Virus record (IMG/VR): IMGVR_UViG_3300033076_001139
Location: 32,001-96,000 of that record
Origin: a virus
Taxonomy: Duplodnaviria > Caudoviricetes
DNA: 64,000 bases
Direction: 5' to 3' (one strand)
The notes under the pieces were generated by a model. The model made no database searches, had not been told where the DNA came from, and worked only from the letters and a program-made list of their open reading frames with translations. Positions 54,095 through 64,000 of this stretch are shown in pieces; the first letter of the stretch is position 1; every line of letters begins with the position of its first letter. The position numbers were made by a program, and so were the translations under genes.

Positions 54095-54340
54095 GTGGCA
54101 GATCGGGAAAAGATAGACCCAGACGCAGTGCGCGCACTTTGGACAGCCGTGCTTGCGCGGGCTGTGGAGGACTATCGGTATAAGGGAACCGCCAAGGAAT
54201 CTATTTCTTATAGGAAAGACGCGCGGCAGTGGGCTGCCTGCGACGACTACAAAGGGATAGGCTCGTTTACCTACGTATGCGAGGCACTTGATCTAGAGCC
54301 AGAAGCCGTACTTGACCGCCTAAGGAGAGGGGATGGCTAG
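54095..54340 (+). CDS. conserved-type small phage protein
   Basis: LW-AVL-RAVEDY...A-QW...SF-YVCEALDLEP. Confidence 0.75.
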   Translation: MADREKIDPDAVRALWTAVLARAVEDYRYKGTAKESISYRKDARQWAACDDYKGIGSFTYVCEALDLEPEAVLDRLRRGDG

Positions 54341-55682
54341 TTTTACCGTAGAAAGAAAAGGGGCTTGGGCAACCGCAGCCTCTACTGGCGCCCTAGGTAC
54401 TCCTCGTGAGACAAAGACTGGAACCCCTTCTGTAGACGCAAAATGGAAAACCATTCGCGCACAGGTAGCCCGCGCGTTTATCGCAGACCCAGATTGCTTC
54501 TTCGCACAGATGCTACTCGCCAGCAACCGCCAATACGGCGCAGCCCTAGAGCTTAAAGACCTAGCCACATCTCTGGTGCAGTATGCCGAGGGAGCGCTCT
54601 ACCCAAGTCTCGCAACTCCCACCCTTCCTACCGCCCCTGAGTACCTTGCTGGCGCGGTATCTGTGGAGGGCGTTAACGAGACGGCGGATATTCTGGCTCA
54701 ACGGGCTACGGCAGCGGCTGCTAAAAGCAAGATAGGTCGAAGGCTCGCAGAGCGCGGAGACGAGGCGGCAGCACTTTACCTTGGGCGCATAGACAGCTTT
54801 GTGCAGAAGTATTTTAGCTTTCAAACTGCGGTATCTTGCTTGGCTGACGCCGTCCCAGACTTTGAGCCCCTAAGGCAACTCGCCCTTACTGATGTGCAGG
54901 CCTCCTCAGACGAAGCTGCTGCGGCACAGTACAAGCCCGCAAGCGCGGCGGAGTTTGCCGTACAAAATGCCGCTGCGGCGGCAGCCCTACGCACCGTAAA
55001 TAGAGTCCCGAACATCCAAACACGTTTGTCCTACACACAGGTATTTACTCCCGCCAACGTAGAAGTATCCGTAAGTGGCACAACAATTACGTTTACGACG
55101 CAAAGCCCTGCGTACTGCTACTTACGAGTAGGTGACGTGTTTTCCTGGGCGGGAGGGGAAACAACGATCACAGCCGTAGGAACCTCTACGGCTACCCTAG
55201 CAACAGACGTTGGTAGCCCCGCCACGTATGCAGTTGCGCCTAGCAGTTACTCGGCACTAACGGCCCTTCAAAAAGCCTGCGCCAGTTTCCTGGCTGCACA
55301 AGAAGTTGCAGACAAGGGCTTCCGTGCTGCTGTGGGCGACCTGTCTTCTCCGCAGCGAGTGCGCGATACGATCTTTCTGCTCGCGACCATCCAAAACGGC
55401 ATTACGGGGGTGTCCCCGGAAGTAGAAGAGACGCTGACACGCCTAGGACTGCCGGACCCTCCTACGACTTCCGCCATATCTTCAGCCCTCTACACGTATG
55501 CTCCCGCATTACCGAGTGGCACAAAAGAGACGACAAAGAGCTGCCTCGCCTTGCTCCAGCGTGAGGGTTTTCAGCTAGCGTCTCAGAGGTTTCTAGTTGG
55601 GGATCTGACATTCTTGTCTGAGGAGTCGGACAGCCAGCAGCTGTCCGGGCTCTTTACTGCGGTATCGGAGAATCGACTATGA
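54333..55682 (+). CDS. putative baseplate-associated protein
   Basis: synteny, coupled. Confidence 0.6.
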   Translation: MASFTVERKGAWATAASTGALGTPRETKTGTPSVDAKWKTIRAQVARAFIADPDCFFAQMLLASNRQYGAALELKDLATSLVQYAEGALYPSLATPTLPTAPEYLAGAVSVEGVNETADILAQRATAAAAKSKIGRRLAERGDEAAALYLGRIDSFVQKYFSFQTAVSCLADAVPDFEPLRQLALTDVQASSDEAAAAQYKPASAAEFAVQNAAAAAALRTVNRVPNIQTRLSYTQVFTPANVEVSVSGTTITFTTQSPAYCYLRVGDVFSWAGGETTITAVGTSTATLATDVGSPATYAVAPSSYSALTALQKACASFLAAQEVADKGFRAAVGDLSSPQRVRDTIFLLATIQNGITGVSPEVEETLTRLGLPDPPTTSAISSALYTYAPALPSGTKETTKSCLALLQREGFQLASQRFLVGDLTFLSEESDSQQLSGLFTAVSENRL

Positions 55683-55966
55683 GGTTCCGCCTTAACGAGA
55701 CGCAGCGGTTTACTGCGAATCTACGTCTGCTAGAGGACGTGCTTTCCTCAAGCATGGCCTACGCGCCGCCGCACACCGTTAGCCAGAGAGTCCTTGACGC
55801 CATCGCAGAAATAGACGGGCGGCCCTACAACCAGGAAACAGGCACCTTTGCCGGGGGGCTTTCCTTGAACCCGCGTGCTAAACTACAAGTTCTAGCTATG
55901 GCCGAGGCCCTCGCACTGCCCGACGGTGAGCTGCCTCCTCAATTTGCGAACTACTCCGAGGTCTGA
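55679..55966 (+). CDS. hypothetical protein
   Basis: ATGA coupling. Confidence 0.6.
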   Translation: MRFRLNETQRFTANLRLLEDVLSSSMAYAPPHTVSQRVLDAIAEIDGRPYNQETGTFAGGLSLNPRAKLQVLAMAEALALPDGELPPQFANYSEV

Positions 55967-55980
55967 GGTACACTCCGCCC

Positions 55981-56622
55981 GTGACTGACTTCCGTGCCAT
56001 CTCCTACCAAGGACTGACGTTCCCAACCTCGTACCGGCAAAGTGCCGACGCGGAGTTTTTGGATATCCGTGGCACCGGTTTTGAGGATGTCGCCAACGTC
56101 GTGATCAATGGGTACCGTTCCCCCAACTTCATCGTAGAGTCCTCACGGCGCATCTTCGCGGAAGTGCCGAGCGCTGTACGGGGAGAGCCCGTAAGCGACA
56201 TTCAGGTCCTACTTCTGTCTGCGGCGGCCGGGCAGGAGAGCGCGGTAGTTTTGGATGTAGGCGGAGGCAACGGCTACGTGTCCGGCACCGCCAAGCTGCT
56301 TCAGACAGTGATCAAGGTACTGCTGACTACGCCGGGATCGGACCTCTTCAACCCGCAGTTGGGCGGTGGTTTGCGTTCTGTACTCGGATCAAACTTCAAT
56401 GACGTAAATTCCGCAGAGTCGCGTGTAAGGCAGGCCATCTCCAATACGGAAAGCCAGCTCCAAGCCCTACATGCCGGGATGCCTCGCCTTCCACTTGCAG
56501 AGAAACTACGGAGCATTTCGGTGTTGTCCGTAAACATCTCTATTGACGATAGTGCCCTCTACGCACGAATTGCGGTGACGTCTCAGGACGGGAATCGCGT
56601 ATCCTCTGGAGTCACGCTGTAA
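55981..56622 (+). CDS. gp25-like baseplate wedge/sheath initiator with IPT-like N-terminal domain
   Basis: KL-Q--IK-LLT-PGSD-FNP-LGGGL; leaderless TACACT-N6-GTG. Confidence 0.8.
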   Translation: MTDFRAISYQGLTFPTSYRQSADAEFLDIRGTGFEDVANVVINGYRSPNFIVESSRRIFAEVPSAVRGEPVSDIQVLLLSAAAGQESAVVLDVGGGNGYVSGTAKLLQTVIKVLLTTPGSDLFNPQLGGGLRSVLGSNFNDVNSAESRVRQAISNTESQLQALHAGMPRLPLAEKLRSISVLSVNISIDDSALYARIAVTSQDGNRVSSGVTL

Positions 56623-59600
56623 TGGCTACACAAGCTGAACGTGTCCAGGAGCTGCTGATTCAGCGGCTTGAGACGTACTACTCGGGTCGCACGATTGCCC
56701 CCGGCACCTCGCTATACGACACAGTCGTCACTCCTGTCGCCAACTATCTGGGCGTTGATGCAACGGATACCGACATTGCCGAGTTCCTGAAGACGCGTCT
56801 ACGCCAGGAGTACCCCTCTGTATCTGCCGAAGATGGCGATGCTATTGTCGACCTATTGATCAACCCGCTTAGCCTGCTCCTTGAAGCACTGAAGCGGGAG
56901 ACTGCGCTCATCAAACTTGGCCAGTCGGTGCAGTCCGCTGTTTCGATGCGTGAGTCAGATGCAGACGCACTTGCGGCCAACTTCTTTGTCAGCCGCCGCG
57001 TCGGCGGCAAGGCATACGGCGTTGTGCGGGTGTACTACGCCAACCCCACCTCCGTGTTCGTCGGGGTAAATGCCCGGTGGACTACGGCAGACGGCCTTGT
57101 ATTTCAGCCTGTCACGTCACAGACGTTTCCCGCAGAGCAGCTGCTCCTACAACGAGCAGGAAACTACTACTATATTGACGTGTCTCTTGTCAGTGCCGAT
57201 ACCGGCGCGCAGTACAACATCGGGCCGAACCAGCTTACGAGTGTCACTGGCCTTTCTGGGTATGTGAAGTTCACAAACCTAGCCGCGTTTGCCGGGGCCT
57301 CAGATCGAGAAACAAACGTAGAGCTGCTTACGCGTGTCCGTTCCGCGTTGACGGAGCGCTCTCTAAATACTCGGCGCGGAATTGTGTCTCGTATTCAGGG
57401 GCAGTTCCCCTCGGTGCGTGCCGTGGAGGTCGTTGGGTACGGCGACCCGGAGATGCGGCGTGACGTGGTTACTGGAACTTCCGAGGGGCACGCGGTAGCC
57501 TCCGGCACCTGCTTTATCGTAGGTCAGTTCTGCCTGATGCTTTCGCAGTTTGAGGACCGAGGACGGGACGGCACAACAACAATAAAGGTAGGGGATACCG
57601 TTGCGCTGAACTACTGGAACCTCCTCTACTCGCTGCCGCAGGCGGCACGCAATGAGGAGTTCAAGATCGCGGATATCGTGTTTGACACCCGCGATACTTT
57701 ACCGGATATCCCGTCGATTCTGTTGTTCCGGCTTGATTCCGCCCCGTCTCCGGAAAGCAGCACGCTCGGCATGTTGCCGGGTATGCTGCCGGGTGTTTTC
57801 TGCGTAGTTCGCTCGAACACCAAGATCACGATCTCAGGAATCCCTGGAGGAATCCAGGAGCCACAGACCCCTGCCGGCGAGCTGGAGATCTTCGACAATG
57901 AAGTGCATATTGGCGGGCATTACGACGTCTGGCTTCGCCCGAGCATAGATCAGTCTGCGACCGCTACGTTCGGGCAGATGCTGTCCAATTCAAGCGTCGC
58001 GGAGGGACGCCAGCTCTCGACCTTTGGCGGCGCAGACACCGGCAGAAACGTAGTATCTATTCCCTACTCTGTGTCTTTCAGGGACGGGTTTAGCAGCTCG
58101 TCTACCATCTTCACCCCCGGCACCGCCGTAGTTGGGTCGCGTAGCGGGGCAACCGCTACAGTTGCTACGGCGTCAATTATCCGTGCGACCGGCTCTGTTA
58201 CGCTCACGGCAGTTACCGGTGCGTTTGAGGTAGGTGAGGAGATTACCAACGTTGCGGCTACGGCGGGAGGGACGATCACCTACGTATCCTCTGACCTACA
58301 GACGCTGGGCGCACGCGCGGGCATGACCATCGTCCTTCTCACCGGAGCAGACGTTGGGTCGTACCGGATTCTAGATGTCGTAGGCGAGTTGGTCTACCTA
58401 GATACGGACCTGACAGAGTCAGAAACGCAGATACACTTCCGCGTCCTATCCGAGATTACGGAGGACCTGTTCGCACCCAAGGTTGTGCTTGTGCCATTCG
58501 CGGACGCGCTTGGGGATGACCTATCTACCGTAGTAGGCTCTCAGCGTCTTCGCCTGACAACTGATCTCCAGCAGTACGGCGTCGTTCCGGGAGACTCTAT
58601 CGAGATCTTTGGCGGCAACGATGCCGGTGTCTACGCGATTCAGTCGTTCGATACGGTACTCGGCGGTACTGCGCCAATTGTTAGCAGTGCTATGAGCGCG
58701 TCTAACTCGAAGCTGGCCTACCGGGTTTACCGCGCAGGAACTGGCGTTCAGCGCCCCCTTGTGCGCATCAAGCCAGAGGGCGTGCGCCTCCTTGATTCAG
58801 CAGGCAAGGACGCCAACATTGTTGTGCCGTACGCCCTGCCTCTTGGGGCGTATGCTCTTGGAGATTTCTCTGGAGCAAAGGAAGGACTCACTGGCCGCAA
58901 CGGTTTCGTGCTACCCGACCCGGGCACTTCATGGACCCCTACGGCAGATCTTACAGCCAGCCGGGATGAGTTCTCAGAAGCACTGTCCTGTTACTCCGAC
59001 GAATGTATTCCGTGCGACGGGTACATCGCTGTCGTGACGCTAATGGCAAATGGGCAGTTCTACCTGAACTCCAACATGCCGACAGCGGTAAAAGAGTTCT
59101 TCAGGAACATGCAGAACTGGCTACTCAACGTCGTAGATCAGTTCAATATTGGGCCAGATGCCAAGGCCTTTGTGCACGGCCTCACGCCCATCACGTTTGG
59201 CTCCCCTGTCGACGCAACAGAGTTCACAAGTACCGACGGAACCCTTCGCGCGGGCGAGACGCTCACAGTCGGATCTGTGAGCGCAACAATCTCCGATATT
59301 GAGCAGGAACTCGTGGTTGCATCCACGGCGGGGTTCAAGGACGGAGAGACGGTTACGCAGGGGAGTATGACGGGCTCTATTCGAGTCACGTCACCTACGA
59401 CCCTGTCTGTCTCCTCAATCACCGGCCCGGCGGCAGATGCGTTCCGAGTTGGTACGCCCGTTACCGGGGGAGCGACAGGGACAACCCAAACTCTAACGGG
59501 TGTTCGCGGTCGCTTTGTCGTTGCGGGGATGACCGGGGGTTCTATTGCTAGCGGCGACACTGTCAGCGCCACCGCCACCGGAGTGCAGGCCACAATTACG

Positions 59601-62600
59601 ATTCTTGTCGTGCCGGTGGCTCAGTTTGAAATTTGCCTACCCGGAGAGATGTTTGACGGGTGCAACAACGTGTTTGTTGCCCTCCCGGAGTTTGATTGGG
59701 AGGCCCTCCTTGCAACGACGGATACATTCGCAGAGGCGGTCAGCAAATATACGACGGGCCAGCTTTTCGGCCCCCCTCCTGCGCTAGCAACGGCCAAGCC
59801 CGGTGACGTTGTGTCTTTGCTTGCCGGCGCAAACGAGGGCCAGTACTCGATACACTCGGTCAAGAACTATAAAGTCGGCACTGCTGGGGCAATTGTTTCT
59901 GGTACGACCGACTTTACCAAGTTCTACCCAGTTACGGCGGTCGTGATTGACGGGGAGTTCCCAGTAGCCGCGTTTGGGGACCTAGCCTCTTTCTTTGCTG
60001 ACGGGATTCCAGACCTTGCAGCACTGCCGGTTCCCAACGATTTCCCAGGCATCTCTTACGATGAGACGGGGATGATCCAGTCTCCTTGGGACTGGATTGG
60101 GCAGTTCCTTACGTGGCTGTTCCGATTCCTAGACTCGATGGGCTTTGATCTCCCAGAGACGTTTAGTATCGACCCTGCGGAGACCATCAAAACGCTCTGG
60201 CAGATGCTGTTTACGGAGTACCGAGTCGGTCGCCGTACGGCAGACCAGACTGTCCGACTCTATTTTCAGGAGCCAACTTCCATTTCAGTTTTTGGTCCTC
60301 GGCCGTGTCGTAGATTCGTTTACGACGAGCCTGTGTACGCCCCAGCATCGATAACAACGACATATACGGCTACTACTATACCAAGCACTCCGACAGGGGG
60401 CGTTATCTCTGTCGAGTACACGGCTATGTCAACCCCTGCTGCGGCAGGGTATCTGCTCACCGTTGAAGTACACACCAACGTCGTTGACGGCGGCTATACC
60501 GGTGTTTCTGGGACCTATACGGCCGCTGCGGGAGACCTCAACAAGACCGCCGAAGAACTAGCTCCACTTATTCAGGCGCAGATCGATCCCTCGGGCAGCT
60601 TTGTGCTTATCACGGGCTCTGCCGGGACAATTACGTTTGAGTCGGTTGCAAAAGGAAGTGATGTACAGACCCTGATCTCTCTCACAGACTTTACGACTGC
60701 GGGTGTCTTTCCATCGGACATGGAGACTCTTGGGACGGGGACAACTCCACCAACGGGAGTACTTACCGTTGCAGTGATGTCCACCTACGCCAACAACTCT
60801 GGCACCTTTACAGCTGTTGCAGGGGACTTAAATAAGCCCGCTGCGGAACTTGCCGCGCTGATACAAACAGCAGTGGATGCGTCGCGCCTGTTTGTACTAG
60901 TAAGTGCGAATATTGCCACAAACGAGATTACTTTTGCCTCGGCGGAGAAGGGACAAGACGTCGTGCTGCTGCTGTCGTGCGGCGACTTTGTAGATGCAGG
61001 GGTGTTCTCGATGGACACAGAGACCTCCGCTACTGGCTCTAGCACCGCAGGTACGGTGATTACTCAAATCTACGAGCCGCATGCGCCGACGCTGTTCTCG
61101 GTCCCTGTGGGGTCGGAGCAGTTGCTATTTACGGCGTCTGCGGACGTTGCCCCTGTGCGCCTGTTCCCAAGCGCACAGGAAGTAGCAGGAGAGGATCCTC
61201 CGTTGCTGCCACGGGACTGCCGTATCCCTACAGCGCATACGGATGCTACAGCGCTACGGCTGACGTTTACGGAGCAGAATGGCGAGTCCTGGTTCTACCG
61301 TGGTCTTGAGCAAGGAGATCTTTTCCAGCTCTTTGAGCAAAAAGTAATGCTCAAGCCCACGCTAGACCCTGTGCCTGGCGGGGCTCTGGAGCGGTTTCCT
61401 GCCTTGATCACCACGGCCGGCTCCGCCAGCGTGCGGCTACCTGCACTCTACTCCCCAGAGTTCACATTCCTTACCCCAGCTCGCTGGATGGATGAGGACG
61501 TATTTGACTCGTTTGACGTCGTGCAGGTGGGGGACCTCCTCTACATTGAAGAGGGTGACGACACAGGCGTTTACCGTATCAGCAGCCGAGTATCCGCAAG
61601 TGAACTAGTGCTAGATAGGCCGCTTACGACCAGCAGCGGCACTGTCTACTTTAGCGGCAACAGAAGCGAAGTAGACATTTCGGACCCGCTAATTACAAAC
61701 CGCGTTGTTGTACGAAGCGTCGGAGGGACGCTGAACTCTTCGTACGTGGGTAAGTACCTAACAATCTGGGGATCTAACTACGCAGGGGTGGACGGCAGCT
61801 ACGAAATCACCGCCATCAGCGCCGTGGATGACGGGTACCAGCTTACGTTAGCTTCCGCGGATCTACAAAACCCGGAGATGGGACTTCACTGGGCTATTGT
61901 TCGCGCACCAAACACAACCCCTGCCGATTCTGCCTTGGGAGGTAAGACCGAACTTGTAGGCGTACGCCCCTTCCGTATCTATTCTGGGCGCGCAAAAGAA
62001 TGGCCTGTTGTAGCCGTAGAGCGCACGCTCGATGCGTCTGCTTGCTCAGTGCTAATTTCCATTGCGGAGGAGATTACCTCCTCAGGCGCATCAGATCCTA
62101 CGGAGCCCACACCCCGCGCCCCGCGTTTTGGGTTCCGCCAACCTTACGGCTTTGTACGCAATAGCGCGCAGCACATCTCCTCCACCGGAATGATGACGCA
62201 GCGCGAGGGGACACTCTACTACTTTGACGTGGTAGCGCACTCCCTTGACTCTCGTGACTTGAACAACATTACCCGAGGCACGAGGCTAGAACCTGTATTC
62301 GGGACGTATGACTCTGACGGCTACTACCTGACCGTGAGCGACGCGAACTACACGTTCTCTCCGCTGGAGCAGGTGCAGATAACCCTGACTCCTCGTATGC
62401 TCCCGGCGGGCAGGGATGACACAGCAGAAAACCTGCTTCTGATTGCCGGTAGGCGTGTCACAGTTCAGTATCAGCTAGCCCCGGCAGTCGCGCAGGTTCA
62501 GGATCTTCTGCGTAGCCAGGCCGATCGTGTGCTCTGCGCAAATCCTCTTGCACGTCATTTCTTGCCGTCGTACGTCTCGTTTACGGTCGCGCCCAGCGTA

Positions 62601-62942
62601 GTAGCCGAGGATGCGCAGCTCATCGCTACCAAGATCTCGGATTACATCGACGGCCTGTCGTCTACTCAGTATGTCGAGCTATCTAAGATCGAGGGCGTGA
62701 TGCAGTCGGGCGGGATCACGGACTACTCCCACCCGATCTACATGTACGCGGTAGCCCACGACCTAGACCGACGGCTTGTGTTGACAAGGTCGGAGAGCAG
62801 GATTGGGGACGTTATAAACCACAACGGAACCAACAAGATCACCTACTACATTCCCGGCCCGTCGGGCACTAGCGCCCCGACTGGAGCAGGCGAAGCAATC
62901 ACAGTCCTCTCTACTGGGACAGCTACGGCGACTCTACAGTGA
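56622..62942 (+). CDS. giant baseplate J-like wedge protein (2106 aa)
   Basis: DALAANFFV-R--G-KA-G-V...G-QYNI...G--D-ETN-EL-xR. Confidence 0.85.
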   Translation: MATQAERVQELLIQRLETYYSGRTIAPGTSLYDTVVTPVANYLGVDATDTDIAEFLKTRLRQEYPSVSAEDGDAIVDLLINPLSLLLEALKRETALIKLGQSVQSAVSMRESDADALAANFFVSRRVGGKAYGVVRVYYANPTSVFVGVNARWTTADGLVFQPVTSQTFPAEQLLLQRAGNYYYIDVSLVSADTGAQYNIGPNQLTSVTGLSGYVKFTNLAAFAGASDRETNVELLTRVRSALTERSLNTRRGIVSRIQGQFPSVRAVEVVGYGDPEMRRDVVTGTSEGHAVASGTCFIVGQFCLMLSQFEDRGRDGTTTIKVGDTVALNYWNLLYSLPQAARNEEFKIADIVFDTRDTLPDIPSILLFRLDSAPSPESSTLGMLPGMLPGVFCVVRSNTKITISGIPGGIQEPQTPAGELEIFDNEVHIGGHYDVWLRPSIDQSATATFGQMLSNSSVAEGRQLSTFGGADTGRNVVSIPYSVSFRDGFSSSSTIFTPGTAVVGSRSGATATVATASIIRATGSVTLTAVTGAFEVGEEITNVAATAGGTITYVSSDLQTLGARAGMTIVLLTGADVGSYRILDVVGELVYLDTDLTESETQIHFRVLSEITEDLFAPKVVLVPFADALGDDLSTVVGSQRLRLTTDLQQYGVVPGDSIEIFGGNDAGVYAIQSFDTVLGGTAPIVSSAMSASNSKLAYRVYRAGTGVQRPLVRIKPEGVRLLDSAGKDANIVVPYALPLGAYALGDFSGAKEGLTGRNGFVLPDPGTSWTPTADLTASRDEFSEALSCYSDECIPCDGYIAVVTLMANGQFYLNSNMPTAVKEFFRNMQNWLLNVVDQFNIGPDAKAFVHGLTPITFGSPVDATEFTSTDGTLRAGETLTVGSVSATISDIEQELVVASTAGFKDGETVTQGSMTGSIRVTSPTTLSVSSITGPAADAFRVGTPVTGGATGTTQTLTGVRGRFVVAGMTGGSIASGDTVSATATGVQATITILVVPVAQFEICLPGEMFDGCNNVFVALPEFDWEALLATTDTFAEAVSKYTTGQLFGPPPALATAKPGDVVSLLAGANEGQYSIHSVKNYKVGTAGAIVSGTTDFTKFYPVTAVVIDGEFPVAAFGDLASFFADGIPDLAALPVPNDFPGISYDETGMIQSPWDWIGQFLTWLFRFLDSMGFDLPETFSIDPAETIKTLWQMLFTEYRVGRRTADQTVRLYFQEPTSISVFGPRPCRRFVYDEPVYAPASITTTYTATTIPSTPTGGVISVEYTAMSTPAAAGYLLTVEVHTNVVDGGYTGVSGTYTAAAGDLNKTAEELAPLIQAQIDPSGSFVLITGSAGTITFESVAKGSDVQTLISLTDFTTAGVFPSDMETLGTGTTPPTGVLTVAVMSTYANNSGTFTAVAGDLNKPAAELAALIQTAVDASRLFVLVSANIATNEITFASAEKGQDVVLLLSCGDFVDAGVFSMDTETSATGSSTAGTVITQIYEPHAPTLFSVPVGSEQLLFTASADVAPVRLFPSAQEVAGEDPPLLPRDCRIPTAHTDATALRLTFTEQNGESWFYRGLEQGDLFQLFEQKVMLKPTLDPVPGGALERFPALITTAGSASVRLPALYSPEFTFLTPARWMDEDVFDSFDVVQVGDLLYIEEGDDTGVYRISSRVSASELVLDRPLTTSSGTVYFSGNRSEVDISDPLITNRVVVRSVGGTLNSSYVGKYLTIWGSNYAGVDGSYEITAISAVDDGYQLTLASADLQNPEMGLHWAIVRAPNTTPADSALGGKTELVGVRPFRIYSGRAKEWPVVAVERTLDASACSVLISIAEEITSSGASDPTEPTPRAPRFGFRQPYGFVRNSAQHISSTGMMTQREGTLYYFDVVAHSLDSRDLNNITRGTRLEPVFGTYDSDGYYLTVSDANYTFSPLEQVQITLTPRMLPAGRDDTAENLLLIAGRRVTVQYQLAPAVAQVQDLLRSQADRVLCANPLARHFLPSYVSFTVAPSVVAEDAQLIATKISDYIDGLSSTQYVELSKIEGVMQSGGITDYSHPIYMYAVAHDLDRRLVLTRSESRIGDVINHNGTNKITYYIPGPSGTSAPTGAGEAITVLSTGTATATLQ

Positions 62943-63171
62943 CCTTCCGGCAGTACCCGCACCTCCCTTGGTACACGAGGCCTTTGCCCCGAAACAGTAC
63001 TTCGGGCTTGGGGTGCGGCACTGGTTGGAGGTAATTACCGCAGGCCGGGCACGTTACTTGGCGTATCCGAGCCTTCTCCGCGTCGTTCGCCTGAGAAACG
63101 CCTTCAATGCTGCTTTTGTGGTCCTTGAGTAAATCAAGCAGAAGATCGGCAGGAAGGGGAGTGAATTCCAC
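62923..63171 (-). CDS. zinc-ribbon small protein
   Basis: CPACG...CGYC; GGAG RBS. Confidence 0.6.
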   Translation of the reverse strand: MEFTPLPADLLLDLLKDHKSSIEGVSQANDAEKARIRQVTCPACGNYLQPVPHPKPEVLFRGKGLVYQGRCGYCRKVTVESP

Positions 63172-63207
63172 TGAAACTCCAATAGAATGCGGTGGAGAGG
63201 AGCGCAG

Positions 63208-64000
63208 ATGTCGGTCAGTATCGTACTAGCCCCAGCCGAGTTCGTTACGAGCCCGGGGGTTGCTGTCCGCCTTAACGCGTCGTCCTCGTACGATAGTGGC
63301 GGTGAAGTCATCAGTTTTACGTGGGAGTTTACGCAGATCCCCGTAGGCAGCCGCCTTACAGCAGCAGACATCGCATCTGCTGATCTTGAAAACAGCGTCG
63401 TCATCTTCACCCCAGACCAGGTGGGGACCTACGTCGTACAGCTGACGATTGAGAACGAAAGCGGCGCAACAGCCGTGGCAACCTCTACGGTAATGAGCCA
63501 GTACTCCCTTGGGTTTACCAAGGAGCCTACGACTCCCGATGCGTCGTACGTGTTCTCCCTCATTCCAGACTTCTGGAAGAGCGTCGCAAACAACGAGGTC
63601 TTCTCAGTCCTGTGGTCTGGCTATACGCAGGTGGTCGGTACGGACATTTCGCGTGCCTACCAGAACAGCGATGCTAAGTCACTAGCCACAGTCCGAGGCC
63701 TGTACGAGCGCCGGTGGCTCCCGTATCACCCGTTCTACTCGCTAGAGGGGGTAAACTACACGGCAATCGTTGGGGACGTTCAAGGCGGCCTAGGTGCGCG
63801 GACTACGGATGATTCGCAAGCCGCAACTGCCGTCGTAATCAGCCATCAAGAACTCCTGCTGTTGGGTGACGTACCGTCGGAGCGAGCCGTTGGGCAGCAA
63901 GTGGTCATCTCCTCCGGCGGAAACGCAGGAAGCTACTCCGTTCTTCGCGTGAACTCAGACAACACAGGATACGTTGTTCAGCGCAGTTCTTTGTCTCCCG
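63208..64000 (+). CDS. PKD-domain baseplate/tail protein (partial, runs off the window)
   Basis: LNASSSYD-G---SFTWEF...FTPD--GTY-V-LT. Confidence 0.8.
   Translation, partial: MSVSIVLAPAEFVTSPGVAVRLNASSSYDSGGEVISFTWEFTQIPVGSRLTAADIASADLENSVVIFTPDQVGTYVVQLTIENESGATAVATSTVMSQYSLGFTKEPTTPDASYVFSLIPDFWKSVANNEVFSVLWSGYTQVVGTDISRAYQNSDAKSLATVRGLYERRWLPYHPFYSLEGVNYTAIVGDVQGGLGARTTDDSQAATAVVISHQELLLLGDVPSERAVGQQVVISSGGNAGSYSVLRVNSDNTGYVVQRSSLSP

Noticed and set aside
1-64000. Stop-codon reassignment
   Set aside because: Long genes are intact in code 11, all three stops end coupled genes, and no suppressor anticodon is present
1-64000. Prophage or host chromosome context
   Set aside because: No integrase, att site or host housekeeping genes seen; the whole window reads as phage

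Overview
A 64-kb segment of a large, GC-rich myovirus-type (contractile-tail, probably jumbo) phage genome. The left part (about 1-26.3 kb, mostly minus strand) is an accessory region of short genes, 12 tRNA genes, an HNH and a GIY-YIG nuclease, and a lysis-like cassette. About 22 copies of one promoter-like motif, (T/C)AAA-N16-G(T/C/G)CATAA(G), sit in front of these minus-strand units, usually with an upstream terminator and a 5' GCAG hairpin. The right part (about 26.3-64 kb, mostly plus strand) holds a tail-assembly-chaperone pair with a GGGAAAT -1 frameshift site, a Dps-like protein, an ATP-dependent DNA ligase, tape measure, hub/M15 peptidase, a FliA/sigma28-like sigma factor, and gp25-like, baseplate-J-like and PKD-domain structural genes. 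Top leads: (1) a phage sigma28-like factor inside the virion gene block, with an N-terminus resembling a shared 'F-x-x-E-L-x-K-x-A' motif, whose predicted specificity matches the repeated promoter (a possible virion-delivered sigma early-transcription system); (2) a stand-alone 215-nt tRNA-like RNA with a CCA end and a roughly 140-nt insert; (3) a tRNA set almost entirely with U34 anticodons, including tRNA-Ile(UAU) and a tRNA-Lys with a type-II-like body. All family assignments come from motif recognition by eye, not from database searches.
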